This document shows positions 25,740-37,649 of a stretch of DNA of 48,483 bases, in pieces. Each line of letters begins with the position of its first letter. The stretch's first letter is position 1. This stretch comes from Dicyema japonicum. Its lineage: Eukaryota; Animalia; Dicyemida. Location: positions 6,981 through 55,463 of the forward strand of contig RDEW01000125.1 in the NCBI GenBank assembly GCA_011109175.1, in the 5' to 3' direction. A model generated the notes under the pieces. That model saw only the letters and a list, made by a program, of their open reading frames with translations. It did no database searches and was not told the DNA's origin. Made by a program: the position numbers and the translations under genes.

Positions 25740-27395
25740 AGCAGACTGCCAAGTCTGCTCGCCTGGATGTCTTCGATGTCACCAAACTGAGCGTCTCCAA
25801 CATTGAACAGAGTCGGGAGTGACAAAATCTTGAAACTAAATAAGCGATGACTTGAGCGGTCTCGAGTCAATTAAGGCGGTTTTTTTCAAATCTTTGGTGA
25901 ATACGTTGGCGGTCTCTTTGATCACATAGTCGCTCTCCATTCGGTACTTCAAATAGTTGAGAAACCAGGGGAGGAAATGAAGAAAGTGGCCATCCTGGCG
26001 GATATTCCAGGGGACAGACTCTAGGATTACAGGCCATAAACCTTGTATGAGGTCATCGGGGCACACTAAGAAGTTAGCAAAAAACGCACTTGCGTTGAAA
26101 AAAACAGTTTCTGGTTTTCCTCGATTCTGGATCCTTGCAATTAGCCGATCATACTCTTCCTTAAGCACATGGACGTCGGTCTTCTTGATCATCTGGGTTC
26201 GGGATCAATCTACCGATGTTATGAGCCTCATCCAAGACCACCACAGAATTCTCAGACAGTCCCTTTGCTACCGGACCGGCCACGTGGAGGTCTAGCAGAT
26301 AGAAGTAATTATGTTATGTTGTCCAATTAAGTCGTGTCCGACCCTTGGAGATCTCATGAACGAGTTTCCTCCACTCTTCCCGATCCGTTGCAATTTGGAG
26401 TAGCTTGATATAGGCTTTCCCGTGACGTCTTTCACCGTGGATAGCCACCGAGTCCTCGGTCGGCCAGGTCTTCTCTTCCCAGTAATATTTGCTCAGCATA
26501 ATGGTTCTTTCAGTGAATCAGAGCGAGCAACATGCCAAAGAACGCCAATCTGTGTTTTACGATTCTTCCTTCTAGCGAATGTCCGTCTCTACCCGTTGAG
26601 TACATCGATGTTTGTTATTTGGAACTCCAAGGGATTAGCAGTAATTAAAGAACACAATCTAGGCCGTCGATAGATAAAATGAGAAAAAAAACCCGACAAA
26701 ATTTTTGCCAAAAAGTAAAGGCAGACTCCTCGTTGTCTCCCAAATCCTTCAAATCGTACTAAATCAGTAACTTCAACAGGAGATCAGGTCATACACGCCG
26801 ATTGGAAGTGAGACCGACCCCAAGGTCTAGAATTTAAGTCTAAGTAAACTTCAAAAAACGGACAGACTGAAACCTATTGATCCTCAGAACTTGATCCCTG
26901 TTGGCCTGGTAAGTCAAGTTATAACACTTATAGTCCACAGTATTGTCTCCACGTGGTGGGAAAACTAACAGTCAGAAACTAGAATTACTTATGGGTTAAT
27001 GCAGAGGTTTTTACGGGCACTGAGAACAACGGCGGACAGTAGAAACTCCTTTCTGAGAACCTTTCAATAATACTTTGGAATCCGACTGAGTTCGCTGATT
27101 GTCTGGGCTAAGAAAAACAGATCAACCTTGTTTAGCTCGGGGACTGTTCTAGAACAGTATATGATGTGTCAATCTTCCCGGGATAGTGCTGTAAATTAGC
27201 TGTGTTGGCATACAAAATAGTATGGCAACCAACAAGAGAAAATTGTGACCGTTTTCCTGTGCCCGAAGACATTTCAAGGATGGAGTGTGAGCGCTGGTCG
27301 AGAGATCTCTTCAATTGGACCATGTAAGCGAATTGCCTGGAGTAAATATATTGGTAACGAAATAGAACTTCTAAATCTTCGATTTTGAATCTATT
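25740..27395 (-). pseudogene. ERCC2: XPD/RAD3 (ERCC2) TFIIH helicase unprocessed pseudogene, N-terminal half, interrupted by an RTE
   Basis: Collinear motifs 'YMVQLKRSLD..LEMSSGTGK', 'IYCSRTVPE', 'LSARKNLCINP', 'YLLD..VVVLDEAHNI', 'EEYDRL', 'SVPWNIR..HFL', 'PLKFC.SRL.SMLETL'; introns of 24, 21, 21 and 23 nt; frameshifts and stops. Confidence 0.93.
26312..26639 (-). mobile_element. 5'-truncated RTE LINE (same family as 17153-17715)
   Basis: Highly similar 3' end 'RLNWTT*' plus (CATAA)n; TSD agtaatta at 26304-26311 and 26640-26647. Confidence 0.92.
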
Positions 27396-27487
27396 TTGTG
27401 TTGTATTAAATTCACACTTAATTCAATGTGATTTTAAATATATTATTTTTCAAATTACTAATTATCAAAAAAAATTATGTTGTTCGC

Positions 27488-28285
27488 GTGGCGTCATGTG
27501 GCTCACCAGAAATGGTGTCACCAGTCCAAGAAGGAACGAAAAGAGCCAACAGCTTCTCCCCGCCGTCCGGTGGTTTCCACAACTCGTGTGTCTTCGACCG
27601 CCATTTGTCCAGAATTCTGATTCTTTTATGTGGAGACGTCGGAACCAATCCTGGGCCATGGAAAGATTTGACAATTATACAACTTAATACGAATGGGATC
27701 AGGAGGAAAATCTTTGAACTCCGGGCACTCCTCCGCGAAATTGGGCTGATCTCGCTTTAATACAGGACTCCAAGTTATCTCCCTCCATACCAACACCCTT
27801 TTTTCGGATACACAGTGATCCGTAAAGACCGTCAGGAAGGACGCGGAGGAGGACTACTTACTATTAAAAGAATGATATTCCTATTATGGATACAACTCAA
27901 CGGACCTCAGTGCTTCTTGGCTCCGATAAGCCTTTGGAGCAGATTACTGTCAAAATCGAGTTATTCCCGTCCTTTTGGATCCATTTGGCTAATTTATGTA
28001 TTTCTCTTACACCTTGATTCATCACACATTTCAACATTGAAAAATCAACTGTTATGTGGGGATCTCAATGCACGACATCAGTTTGGCTCACTTCTGATAA
28101 CCGAAGAGAATCATTGTAAATTATTTTCCTGACCTGATTATATTGAACAACCCTAACTCACATACGAGGACTTCATTAAAACACTATGCTCACCTTCCCT
28201 GACTGGACTCATTTCCTATGCTCACCTTCCCTGACTGAAATCATCGTACCACACACTATCGAAGGCCTTGGAAATATCCAATCAC
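27488..28285 (+). mobile_element. Ingi-like LINE 5' end: ribozyme-like leader, 2A-like motif, APE endonuclease (pseudo)
   Basis: 'LLCGDVGTNPGP..IIQLNTNGIRRK..EL', 'VIRKDRQEGRGGGLLTI', 'LCGDLNARH'. Confidence 0.85.
27490..27548 (+). ncRNA. Putative HDV-like ribozyme fold (degenerate P1)
   Basis: P2 tggctc/gagcca, P3 acc/ggt, P4 tcc/gga then aCgaaa; same layout as 19316-19379. Confidence 0.45.
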
Positions 28286-28329
28286 ATTACGTTCAACTGT
28301 CTTTTGCATTTTATTTCTCTTAACACATT

Positions 28330-29050
28330 CATATACATTTGGTATATATAATCAGTGCAGAATTTCCTGGTCTGAAACTCAGGAAACGTTCTCTTCTATA
28401 TCCCGACACTACTTCTTGAAGATAATTCGCTCAATGATCTTGGATATCGAGAATATAAGACTGATCAGGCTACAATTGATAGGGTCACTCCTCGACTTTC
28501 CTGGTTTGAGAACCATTCTGACGGTAAAGTTCTTCCACCATATTGGGATATATCCATACTTTATAGTTGCGTTGAATAAACTTTGTAAAACGAGCATCAA
28601 GGACTCCACGCTTTTTTTGAACATTTTCATGCTGACGAGATTAAAACCAAGAGCATTGGTCTTGCATGCTTTAACTGCTGTCTTGATCTCCTCAAGGGTA
28701 ATTTCTTTTCAATTTCCCTGAGGTCATCCAGTCAGTGTCCAAGACAATTTCCTAGCGTCGATCTTGCGGCCCGTAAGTCTCTTGTAAACTTTCCAGATTG
28801 AAGGATTTTTGGCGTCCAATTTGGTTGCCTCGTTCCTTCACTTGCGCCCCATATCCATTTTTTATTTCTCTTCAATGGCTTCTTTAGTTAATCTAAGTTG
28901 TTCTGTAAGCGTCATTCGGTCCATCTGATCCACACACCGTCTTTGCTTCATTCTCAAGCGATTTCTTTCTTTAATTAGTTTCAAGGTTATAGGTGAAATA
29001 TATTACTGTTTCCATTCGAGAATTTTTTATTTACATATAGCTTCAACACC
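28330..29050 (-). mobile_element. LINE linker/RT N-terminal fragment (Jockey/I-group)
   Basis: 'YIPIWWK..MVLKPGK..DP..ISLIFSISKIIERII'. Confidence 0.8.
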
Positions 29051-29452
29051 AATCAAAAAATTTTCAAATTTTCTGAAATTAATAAAAAATTTTTAATATT
29101 GTTTTAATAAAGCATAAATTTTTCAATTAAAGGCCTATAATTTTTTTACATTTATTAAATTAATATTGTTTCCTTGCAAGCTAATTTACTTGATTGATTT
29201 TATGAAAAATATTTGGTAGATAAGCAATAAATATATCAGTAAATAATTTTTTGGAAAAAGATCGTGCACGTGGTCTAGCTCCTGCGAAGTGCCTGTAGCT
29301 ATATTCAATTATTGACAAAAGGTTTCTTCTGGAACCTCAACAGCCCGGACTTGTATTCTTATTAATGTTCAATGTTGTATGTATATGTTACTGTCAATTT
29401 GTGTAATCATTCAATTCATGACTGAAAGTTTATAAGTTTAATTCAGTCAAAC

Positions 29453-30743
29453 CAGTGGTTCAACAAGTTTTAGGGTTCCGCGAAATTTATTATAAATTAT
29501 TTAATAATAGTTTTTAATTATTAAAATATATTAAACATCCACGCGTATATCTTGTTTCTGTTTTGGTTTAATTAGTCAATTTATAAGATTTTTAATTTTT
29601 ATTTATTTATTTTATTTTATTAACCCCGAAATCACGAAGAAGAGGATAAAGGTATCGTCTAATTAAGTGATCCCGGTATCCATACCACTCCTTTTCCTGT
29701 GGTTAGTGTTGGAGTCCTGGATTAATCTCTACAGCGGGATGGTTTCTTCTCATATCTCGGGCAGGCGTCCATATATATAGTCTGATGTGCGGTCCGATAG
29801 GATGGTCAGAGGACTTTGCGATCTTAAAGAAGTCCCGGTGACGTTCCGTATGGTATTCCATGATTGGGGGGACATTTAGTGTTCCCTGAATTAACAAGGT
29901 GGATGTCTTTTTTGACGATCTCAATAAAATCCTGAGACATCGATTTTGTAAAACCTCCAGCTTGCTCTGTGCAGATATTGATAAGGGGGCAATCCATGCA
30001 GCACAAGCGTGCTCGATTCTAGGTAGAACGAATTGTTTGCATAGAAACTTTAACGATGGGCGGGATGATACTGGAGAGTGAGTGATCGCCTTGAGAATTC
30101 CAATTTTTTTTGATCCTCGCGGTTACTAGGTCCAGTTGATGGGTGAATGTAAGTAGGGCATCCAGGATGACTTCAAGGATTAAAAGGGTTTTCTGAATGG
30201 GAAGCGAAAAGTCAAACGTCATTACATGTGACTTTCCTGATGATATATTCAGACGGTTCTACAGAAACCAAAGACCCATCTGGTTTAGTAGTTAAAGTAA
30301 TACCAGCAAATCTAACATCAATTGAATATTAACATCTTATTGACATCAGAATCAACGTCAAATCAGATATATAAAATGAATCCATTTTTAATATTTGGAA
30401 TGCATACAATTCACAATATCCTGATATCTCAAAAAAGGCTATACGTAAACTATTACCTTTTCCAACAACTTACTTATGCGATTCGGGGTTTTCAATATAT
30501 CATCTACAAAACAAAATAGAGAAATAAACTCAATGCTTCCGCTAATATGAGAATAGATTTGTCAAAATAACTCCCAACGTTACACAACTAATGCTCACAT
30601 TAAAATTGTTTTAGGTTACGATTAATAATAATAATTATTACGATTATGTTTTAACTAAAATTGTAATAATTGAATTGGAAGGGTTCTGCAAAAAATAAAT
30701 TAACCCAAAAGGGTTCCGCGACCACCTAAGGTTGGAACCACTG
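29453..30743 (+). mobile_element. Second Buster/Charlie hAT derivative
   Basis: TIR cagtggttc / gaaccactg; subterminal gggttccgcg repeats; transposase C-terminus 'LLPFPTTYLCDSGFS..RNKLNA..MRIDLS' at ~30450-30600; imperfect TSD. Confidence 0.85.
29595..30222 (-). mobile_element. LINE 3' fragment nested in the hAT element
   Basis: 'ILEVILDALLTFTHQL', 'SDHPI'; 3' end cggggttaataaa(taaa)n. Confidence 0.75.
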
Positions 30744-32773
30744 GTCCAGACAATTCACGAAATTACTGAATATTTTTTAGTAATTTCGTGAATTGACTGA
30801 AATTCTTAGTCATTTCATAATTGACTAATTACACAAAGATTACACAAATGATTACACAAATTGGATACAACATATATATAAGCAGAACCAACTAAAAAAT
30901 AGAAACATGAGAATTGTCCAAAGACCACTTACAGCGAAGATAAAGAGCATTCAGAATACGTGGAATTCCGTCGTAAAAGTTCGTTTATTAATCATGTCAA
31001 GAAATCGACAATAGAAAATGAAACTAAAACATTGGCTAGAAAAAAAGAAAACACCAAAACATGTCGACCAAAACCATTTTAGTCGCTGTGCACAAAGAAC
31101 AAAAGAACTTTGAGACTAAACAAACGTTTAATTCCCCCAAGCCCCTGCACGTTCCTACATTTGCAAGTTTTACCACAAGTTTAAGTTTTAGCACATTCAA
31201 TGTTATCATCTGTGAGACTGACAAAAGCACAGAGCTGAGGATAAAGGCTATTGATGCCAAAATTAACAAGTTGCCCAAAGTTAGCAAAAACAGGTAATAG
31301 TATGAATGATTGAAGTGCTTCCAAAGAAAAGCATGTCCTAGAACAAATTGATTACAACAAAGCTTATGAAAGGGATGTCTCTACTCATGAGGCAACACAG
31401 CCCCCTGAAGAGGAGTTTAATTCCATTTATTGTGAAGGAAATGATTGCCCGCCGAAAACTGGTTTTATTTATTATTGAAATTTTTTAATATATTTTAATA
31501 ATAATTTATTATTATTATTGTTATTATTATTATTATTGTAGAAAACATTGAAGGAAATAATGATGACTTCGAACTAGATGTATTTGTTATTATGATTTAT
31601 AGGTTCCTTTAAGCCATTTATCCGTATTTATTGGAATTAATTTAGGTCTCATCTCTGAATAAACAAAGTCAATCAATTAGACAAATAAAAAATGATGTCG
31701 ATTCAGGTGGTACTTGCATTGTTATGACAGAGCTTGAGAAAACTCCATATCGTGTGCTGCCGCTTCCTGATCCTGTAAGGGATGATAGTGATATAATTAA
31801 TATGAATACTTCTGTTGTTAGGGGTTTGGATTGTTGTGATTGTAGACATTGTGAATAATAGTCTTTTAGGGGCGTTCAATGTGTACTCATCACACCGGTT
31901 TTATGGGTTATTTTGCAGACGAATATACTTAATACTAAAAAGAATACAAACGGTGATTAGCAATTTATTATTTGTGTTTTTGTTAATAAATAATTATTAA
32001 TTAATTTACACACGGTACGTACTAATGAAAGAAATCTAGTGTCTGACCTAATGTCGCAGTAAGAACTACCGCTCAATTTATATTATTAAGTTTATCCTGC
32101 TTATGTAATTTTCGAATAATAATTAAAAATCTAAAATTTTTACAGTTTGCGTAATGCAAAAGAGAGGTTTTAAAGTTTTGCATCTCCTGAATTTTTTTCT
32201 GTTGATAAAGTGTAGCAGTGTCCTGAATTTTTTTTACAATAAAAATTACATTTACTTGCTGAGTCCTATTCTCTTTATCCTTATTCTCGTCAACTACAGT
32301 ATGAGGGAAATATGGAAGCTAAGAATCTGTCTACTGTGTTGGGATGTTGTACTACTCGCATTTTAGGAATAATTCAAAAATCCATAAAATTGTGAGCAGT
32401 GTTCTTGAGTTTTCATTTCCCACGTCTTTCTTGTCTTCCCTACGCACATGAGTGGCGTGTGTTATCCGCAAGGATTTGACTATGTGTAGTGCTGGATGGT
32501 ATAGATTAGTGCGATGATTGACTTTTAAGGGAAGACTTCAGAATGTCTTCTTATGATGAGATGAGTGACGATGACCAGCACTTGTGCCAGAGATTACATT
32601 AGAGGATTGAGATATATTTATTTGATTTTGAAGATTTTTTTGTAGTTCGATCATTATTGAATTATTGGAATGAAATTATTAAAAAAATTTCTCAAAATAT
32701 TTGGTTTTTAAGAGGATCACTTGTCTACTAGTCATGCATTTCTTATAAGGGACCTTTGATCTCTTGCACTAAT

Positions 32774-33091
32774 AATGATAATAATCACCTTTTCACGAGA
32801 TCCATAATATTTATAGCTCCGCATAGGCAGAAGACACATTTTATTTAAGTAAAGAACAGTTAATTTTAACTAATCGTAGAACCAAGAAATGATTTTAACT
32901 TTTTTTTCTTTTTCTTGTGTGTGGGACCTTTCTAGACAATTAATTTTCGCAGTGAGTATCCACTGATGACGGCGTCACTTGTCAACCCTTTCTGCATGGT
33001 AGATGCGTGGAACTTTCCACCAGATGAACAGCAGCGAGAATCGAACCCGTAACCTAAGCCACTTAAGCCCGACACCTAACCACTATGCCCC
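32774..33091 (-). mobile_element. tRNA-derived SINE, near full length, 11-bp TSD
   Basis: A-box TAGTGGTTAG, B-box GGTTCGATTC, (ATT)n tail; TSD cttgcactaat at 32763-32773 and 33092-33102. Confidence 0.85.
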
Positions 33092-33384
33092 CTTGCACTA
33101 ATGCTCAAAAATTCGCGGATTCACAAAAAAGGTTTTGGGATGACAGAGAAGTAGTCTACGGAAAAAACATGGTTCCGACACTCTTGGAGTTCCTAATTCG
33201 AAGGAATAATAGAGGTGTCTAACGAGCTTATGTAGGATCAAAGAAGAAGCATCCAACCTAGGTGATGATAAGATGTATGATTTCCAAAATATTATACATC
33301 AATATTCCCCCTGAGTCGCTGGGCACACTTTCCTCTTGAAGGTATTCACTGATATCTCATTCCTTTCTCCTCTCTCCCGATACT

Positions 33385-33475
33385 GCACATTTCGGTTGAA
33401 GGTTCCACGCATTAATATGCCTTGGTTTGACGAGTGACGCCATTATCAGTGAACTAAAGTGTGTGTTCTGAAGAG
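33385..33475 (+). repeat. SINE central-domain copy (opposite orientation)
   Basis: ggttccacgcat...ttgacgagtgacgccattatcagtga matches the SINE core. Confidence 0.65.
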
Positions 33476-33859
33476 CGAAGACTGATATGGCTCCCCGGAA
33501 GGTGCGAAATAACTATCTCTTCTAATTATCACCGTCTTATGAGCCCACGACGGAATTCACGGCTTTATCGGCGGTACAAACCGTCGATACAACTGAGAAC
33601 AGATTTTTAAGTTTCCCAAAATGGGGCTGTATTTGGCTAAATAATTTAGTTAAGAACACAAATATTTTATTTATTTAAACATTATCGTTCTCCTCGATTG
33701 TCTGTCACATGAATATAGCGTCTCGGGATGATCATCGTCATCAGGTCTCGAATGATCATGTATTTTTAACATGAGTGCTCTACTGGGAGCATCGAAATCA
33801 CTGATAAGATGCCTATGATAATTCTAAATAGGGAATCTTAACATTGACAAAAATCCTTA

Positions 33860-34000
33860 ACTTTTCAATCAATACGACGATGTTCTCAATTCTAGACCTG
33901 GAAAACTTAAAAAGGATCCGAAACCATATAGAGCGATATCGCTTTGTGTTCGATGTCTAAAATCCAGGAAAACCAGCTCTTTCAAAATCATAGATGTTCT
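33860..34000 (+). mobile_element. LINE RT N-terminal fragment
   Basis: 'PGKLKKDPKPYRAISL'. Confidence 0.55.
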
Positions 34001-36849
34001 ACAGGATTTATTTTTCAACCTGATTTTAAAAGGGAGGGCGACGTTACTCATCTTTGAGCATTACATTTAATACACATGTATTTATTACATATTCGCCTTG
34101 TGGACGAGGCGAAAGAAGTTCCATAGTATTCGTTATCGGTCAGTTTGTATGACTCTGAAAAGGGCCTAGAATGACACGATGGATCTCGTTATCATGAGGG
34201 GTAACTCCCATTGCGTGTTAAATGTCTGTTGACTATAATGGAGATCATATTCTGAAAATTGACAAATATTAAATGATCCCCAAAAATATTTTTAATTTTA
34301 TTAATCCTATACAACGATGAATAAATTAAGTGAACAATAAATTCAACGATAGAATCGTATAAATTGTTACTGACTTTTAGAGGACAAATACCTTGGACAT
34401 GGAAGCTATTTATATGAGGAATTTGCAGTTAAGGACTTCATTGTGATGTTCTCTATAAAGGATGCAACCAGTTGATTGGGCTAAAGTTGAAGCGGTGATG
34501 AACCCTTTATAGCGCAATATCATGCGGTTCACACCTTTCAAAAGTCAAGATTTTTTGTTGGTTGACAACTTTATCAATTACTTGAAAGATAGTAATTTTC
34601 ATCCGACCACAACAATTCGTGCAAGTCAAAGTCGTTCAGATATTTCCTAGGATGAACATACAAAGAAAACTTGGTATCATCAGGGTCTCTAGAAAGTCTC
34701 ATAAAACCCTCCATATACAAAAAAACAAACAAAAATATTCAGTAGTAGTTTTACAGTCCTTATAAGGAATAAAGTCAATTGTAAAGGTAAATATGGAACT
34801 TTCCGCGTTCTACGTCTTCAGCATGAATCATCCAAACATTCTAAGCTATAATTTAATAAATACAGCAAATAAATTGTCTTTAGTGTGTTTATGGAATAGT
34901 GCCTGAACAGGCAAGAAATCAGAATCTGAAAATGTAATCGGTCCGAGCATAATTTGACGAGCTAAATTTACATTCTACAAGAGAACAGGACAAATCAACC
35001 ATATAACAGGTTTCCCGACAGTAGTAAAAGTATGCCAATCTGTAAATCACTTTATAGTGGTACTGTTGACGTTTCGAGCATAAAACCAGTCCATTCAGAC
35101 ATAAAAAGACAATTTTATAAGTTTATCTTTAAAGTTACGCCTAGAAAATATAATGAGAAGATAAAGGAAATTTATCTTATAAAACAGGGTTAAATGAGTC
35201 CAGAGTGTCCAACTAAAATTCACCCAACTAAATACTAGTAAATCGTGTCTAAAGTAGAACGACGGGGTACATATTTTCATATGAAGGTTGATTTGATTTG
35301 TTTGAAGGGAATAAATATCAGAAAATGGCCTATAAAACCCACGACGTTGTCCAAATTGATTGGATTATCTCCCAGACACCTATTTTGGCTTATAAAGACA
35401 AATTACAACTCCAAACGTTTGAAAATCAAATCAAAGAAGGAATATGAGAATTCCAAGGCAGGTGTGAACCTCAAATCAACAAATACTCTCAATAAATTCG
35501 CTATTATCTGAACAAGAATGTCTTTGTCGATTGATTTGAGGTAAGTTGTGAGTGAGTCAAGAGCAATTGTGTTATTTTCCAATGTTAAGTAAACAAATAA
35601 TTGCAGGTTGTCACTCAAATATGATTTGATGAATTCAATTGGAACTAGTTTTTCGCAAACCGCCCACGTGAGGGATATCTTCCTAGACAAAATCACAACT
35701 ACAGTCAGAAATGACTCCAAACCGGTTGAGATGGTCTTGTTTTCCTGAGTGTTAGGTATAATCATGGGTTCAGTCCATATTTCTCCATCAATTCAATAAC
35801 AGGTCCCCAAGTCTTGTTGCTCGACTGATCATCGGCAACAGACATAGCCAGGTAAACTAAATATTAATTTAAGACAACACAAAATATGTAGCAGGTCTCC
35901 GTCGGTAACCCACAAATAATATTTAGCATATTGAAGTATTCAACATCCCCTTCTAAGCATGTATAAATCGTCATACATAGTCCCCTTTTATAATTCATTT
36001 CTTCTCCATCATTTTGCTTAAATTCTGAGAATGTGAGAAAGATGTGCACTAATGTCATTTAAATATCTTCAAAATTTGTTCTGAGTGAAATATGGGACTA
36101 ATCTGTCTAAACGGTACGGGGCAAACTTCTATACTTTGCTTCCATACTCTTCGTATATCTAATATTAAATTAACTCTTTAAAAAATTATTCAATTAATTC
36201 AAGTCTGAAAATATGTATTCTTTCTATAATGTCGCCTCCATTTTCAGGTTCTATGGAATAAATCGGATAATTCTCTTCGACAATATAGCGATCTCTAGGA
36301 CCCATCGCGATTATGGGAGTAATCGGTGGTTTTGTTGACAAGAGACGTTTTGATTGACAAAAAACACACTTTTCTATTATCCCAGCGATTTCAGACTTCG
36401 TTACACCACATAGTTTAGTTTTTAATTTAGAGAAAATACTATCTCTACCAAAATGATTTAAATTGTGCTCAGCCTAAAATTAATCTAAACAATTTATTAC
36501 TTCTATGGATTTGAATTTCAACTCAATATCTTCAACACAAAAGAATCGCAACTTGTAGCCTTTCTCCTATAGTAAGTTCTTTCTTTGTCAAAAATAAAAT
36601 TTATAGCTATTTCTTTAATCGATCTCTTTCCCGTCTTAAGATGTTTAACTCCTCCTTCATTTCCTTTATTTTTTTCCAAAGTTTCTCTTGAAATTTGCAC
36701 CAGACGCATTTCATCACGCTAAATTAACTAATTAATTTTATAGATATTTTATTTCTCAATTAATATAATTTGTAAATTCCAATAGTTTTTAAAAATTCTT
36801 AATATTTTTTAATTCAATCTGTGAACAGTGACGATTTATCAACTGTGAC

Positions 36850-37275
36850 ATATTATGACTCTTGAATCTGATAATGATGTTCTACTTTCCTATGCGGATG
36901 ATATTGTGTTGGCTTCGCGAGATCAGGAGTTTCAGAAGTCCATAGAAATAATACAAATTAACATGGACAGGCTTAATGCCTGGATAATGGAAAACCGGCT
37001 CGTGGTGAATGCAGAGAAGTCGTCTACGTCACTATTTTCTCTGACAAAAAATTGGAAAGGAAGACAGTCACCTTGAAGTTAAACAAGGTCGGCATCTTTT
37101 TCAACAGATGTCAAAGGATTTTGGGTGTTACAATTGATATGCATCATGACACGTAGAAGACATTCTATTGAAATGTGAGAAGAAACTGAACGTATTGAAA
37201 AGTTTATCGGGACTATGGAAGAGTGGTACTCACCCAGTCTTGATGAACGTGTACAAACAGTACATCAGTCATCCC
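36850..37275 (+). mobile_element. Ingi/I-group LINE RT C-terminal fragment
   Basis: 'SYADDIVLAS..RLNAW..VNAEKS..RILGVTID..KLNVLKSLSG'. Confidence 0.85.
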
Positions 37276-37649
37276 CTATATTGGAGAACACGAGTTTCCT
37301 CACAAAAGACACAAGTACAGCAGCTGGCTTTCCTAAAATGTAACACCACTCTCACGTGTTGGATGGAGGACTAGTTGAAAATTCAAATGTAAAATTCCGT
37401 TTAGCAGCATCCAGTCCCAGTCTATGAATAAACTAATCCTTTGAAGCTAGAGGAGGGAGTCTGTCTACGACCAATAATCCAAGGGAGACCATGTGAATAG
37501 TAAACTCGAGGACAAATCTGAATTGTGCGTAGATTGAACCCTTCTCCAGTTATCGAGGCCGAATTCTTGCCTGCTGTTTCCGAGAGACTTCGCCTCTAGC
37601 TGAGATATCCCCGACTGTTAGAATGCACGTGAATGCGAGCGACCTGTCA

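Larger units (their letters stand above)
29382..30876. mobile_element. Foldback/palindromic MITE split by a hAT insertion
   Basis: Outer arms caatttgtgtaatcatt / aatgattacacaaattg; inner perfect hairpin caattcacgaaattact (30751-30767) / agtaatttcgtgaattg (30779-30795). Confidence 0.7.

Noticed and set aside
24620-27395. Alternative genetic code, or scrambled genes repaired by rearrangement
   Set aside because: Stops are of mixed types and come with frameshifts, deletions and substitutions at invariant residues; XPD segments are collinear, so simple decay explains them.
28184-28238. 22-bp direct repeat ctatgctcaccttccctgactg
   Set aside because: Local slippage duplication inside a dead LINE, with no sign of function.
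32962-32990. Hammerhead ribozyme in the SINE core (CTGATGA plus hairpin)
   Set aside because: No GAAA or cleavage triplet in the right place, CTGATGA is not conserved in all copies, and it is antisense to the SINE.
33030-33091. tRNA gene
   Set aside because: Acceptor stem is incomplete and it is the head of a TSD-flanked SINE.
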